From an uncultured Verrucomicrobiae bacterium (GTDB lineage Bacteria > Verrucomicrobiota > Verrucomicrobiia > Limisphaerales > Palsa-1400), in NCBI GenBank assembly GCA_963702845.1, contig OY969763.1:2560001-2624000 (forward strand): a stretch of 64,000 bases of DNA, given 5' to 3'. Below the pieces are notes generated by a model. That model made no database searches. It saw only the letters and a program-made list of their open reading frames with translations, and had not been told where the DNA came from. The position numbers and the translations under genes are program-made. This document shows, in pieces, positions 62,731-64,000 of this stretch (within the stretch, counting starts at the first letter, position 1; the number at the start of each line of letters is the position of its first letter).

Positions 62731-64000
62731 TTACCGTGTCAAAATCTTGTCCAGCGATTTGCCTTGCGCGCTCGGCAGTTCCACTTCCAGAACTTTCGCA
62801 ATTGTCGGAGCGACATCGATGTTTCGAATCTCTCCGAGTCTCGCACCGGACTTGATGCCGACTCCCCACGCCACAAACGTCGCATGCAAGTCAGGTTCAA
62901 GCGGATCATGTCCATGGCTTCCGTGACGTTCCGGCTTTTCACTGGCCGGAATCTTTCCGCTCGACGTGTCCCCGAATGCGTAACCACTCCCCGCCAAAAT
63001 AAAAATGTCTGGCGCATGCGGATCCTCCTCGGGCGTGGCCAGTCCGTTCGCTTTGAATTGCACCGACGTTAACACTCGCGTAACGCCTTTCTCTTTGGCG
63101 AATGCCTTCACAATTTTCTTTTCAATATCCCGACGATGAGCCCGATCCATTATATAAAGCATCACCGAACCACCTTGCGTCACGCACTCGACTCGATTCG
63201 TATGCGCTTTGGTGGTGGTTTCAAAACCTAACTTACGTAGTTCCGAGTGAATCGGAATATAACGGTCGTTTGACGAAAATCCATGATCCGAAACAACGAA
63301 CAGCGTCGCCCGCCCGGGATAATCGGATTGAAGTTCTTTCCAAACTTTCCCCAACTGCACATCGACCGCTTTGATCGCCACATACGCTTCTTCCGAACGC
63401 GGCCCATGCTCATGCTGCGCATGGTCGCTATTGCCGATGTGCAACATCGCAAACTGCGGCCGATGATTTTTCAACACCAGATCGAAAATGTCCGTCGAAA
63501 GAGCATCAGAAAACTCGCCCGGTTGCCGTTCACTAACCGCCGGATCAACAATCATAATTCCGTTTTCCGCGCATTCCTTGATCAACGATGGCGTGGTGAA
63601 CTCCCGTTGCATCGCGATCGACCGCGTTGCTGGAACCTGCCAATCCAAATTCTTCGCATTGCGCGTTGCCGGCCAGTGAATGCCCGCCGTCTTTAAGCCT
63701 GCCGCCTTCGCCACATCATAAATCGTCGGCACTTTGACAATTTGCTCTTTATCGAAAACGGGATCCTGAATCAGCGTCACCACCGCCTTGGTCTGACGAT
63801 CGAAATAATTATTCCCGACCACCCCGTGCAATTCAGGAGTAACCCCAGTGACTAACGTGGTATGATTCGGCCACGTCACCGTTGGAATCACCGCCATCAT
63901 CGAACTCGCCTTCGCCCCCTGCTGAGCCAACGCATGCAAATTCGGCATCTCCGCCTTCGGATCATCAAAATAAAACGCCGCCAAACCATCGAGGCTTACA
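62731..64000 (-). CDS. Alkaline phosphatase superfamily nucleotide pyrophosphatase/phosphodiesterase, 5' end outside the window
   Basis: VSLDG at the window edge, PTVTWPNHTTLVTG, DHAQH, SDHG, GSHG, DVAPT. Confidence 0.92.
   Translation of the reverse strand, partial: VSLDGLAAFYFDDPKAEMPNLHALAQQGAKASSMMAVIPTVTWPNHTTLVTGVTPELHGVVGNNYFDRQTKAVVTLIQDPVFDKEQIVKVPTIYDVAKAAGLKTAGIHWPATRNAKNLDWQVPATRSIAMQREFTTPSLIKECAENGIMIVDPAVSERQPGEFSDALSTDIFDLVLKNHRPQFAMLHIGNSDHAQHEHGPRSEEAYVAIKAVDVQLGKVWKELQSDYPGRATLFVVSDHGFSSNDRYIPIHSELRKLGFETTTKAHTNRVECVTQGGSVMLYIMDRAHRRDIEKKIVKAFAKEKGVTRVLTSVQFKANGLATPEEDPHAPDIFILAGSGYAFGDTSSGKIPASEKPERHGSHGHDPLEPDLHATFVAWGVGIKSGARLGEIRNIDVAPTIAKVLEVELPSAQGKSLDKILTR

Overview
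This is a gene-dense bacterial chromosome segment, most likely from a Verrucomicrobiota (Pedosphaera/Limisphaerales-like) genome or MAG. That placement is inferred from a PVC-type CxxCH protein, the adhesin architecture and the repeat types. Most of the window is housekeeping or metabolic: a TPR protein, a 1997-aa adhesin, argH, squalene/phytoene synthase, a long coiled-coil protein, lysA, an ABC-2 exporter, rhomboid, an oxidoreductase, a two-component pair, amidohydrolase, M28 peptidase, BtpA, an NCS2 permease, pstS, a CxxCH protein, a pseudouridine synthase-methyltransferase fusion, nfo, 2-oxoacid dehydrogenase E1a/E1b/E2, purA-uppS-cdsA-dxr, tgt and phosphoesterases. An accessory island at about 33.4-39.9 kb stands out. 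It holds an apparently intact Mu-like terminase pair (gp27/DUF3486-like plus gp28-like TerL) with no other phage gene. TerL is flanked by near-identical inverted 22-bp GTAG-type REPs, and the whole block is bracketed by two ~177-bp palindromic direct repeats. Next to it is an integrase-less two-cassette integron array with a canonical attC. A short leader with a promoter, a terminator and a competing antiterminator lies upstream of purA. Many single-base frameshifts (lysA, 25.5-30.3 kb, the permease, the CxxCH gene) look like read/assembly errors rather than real pseudogenes. All calls come from motif recognition by eye; no database searches were run.
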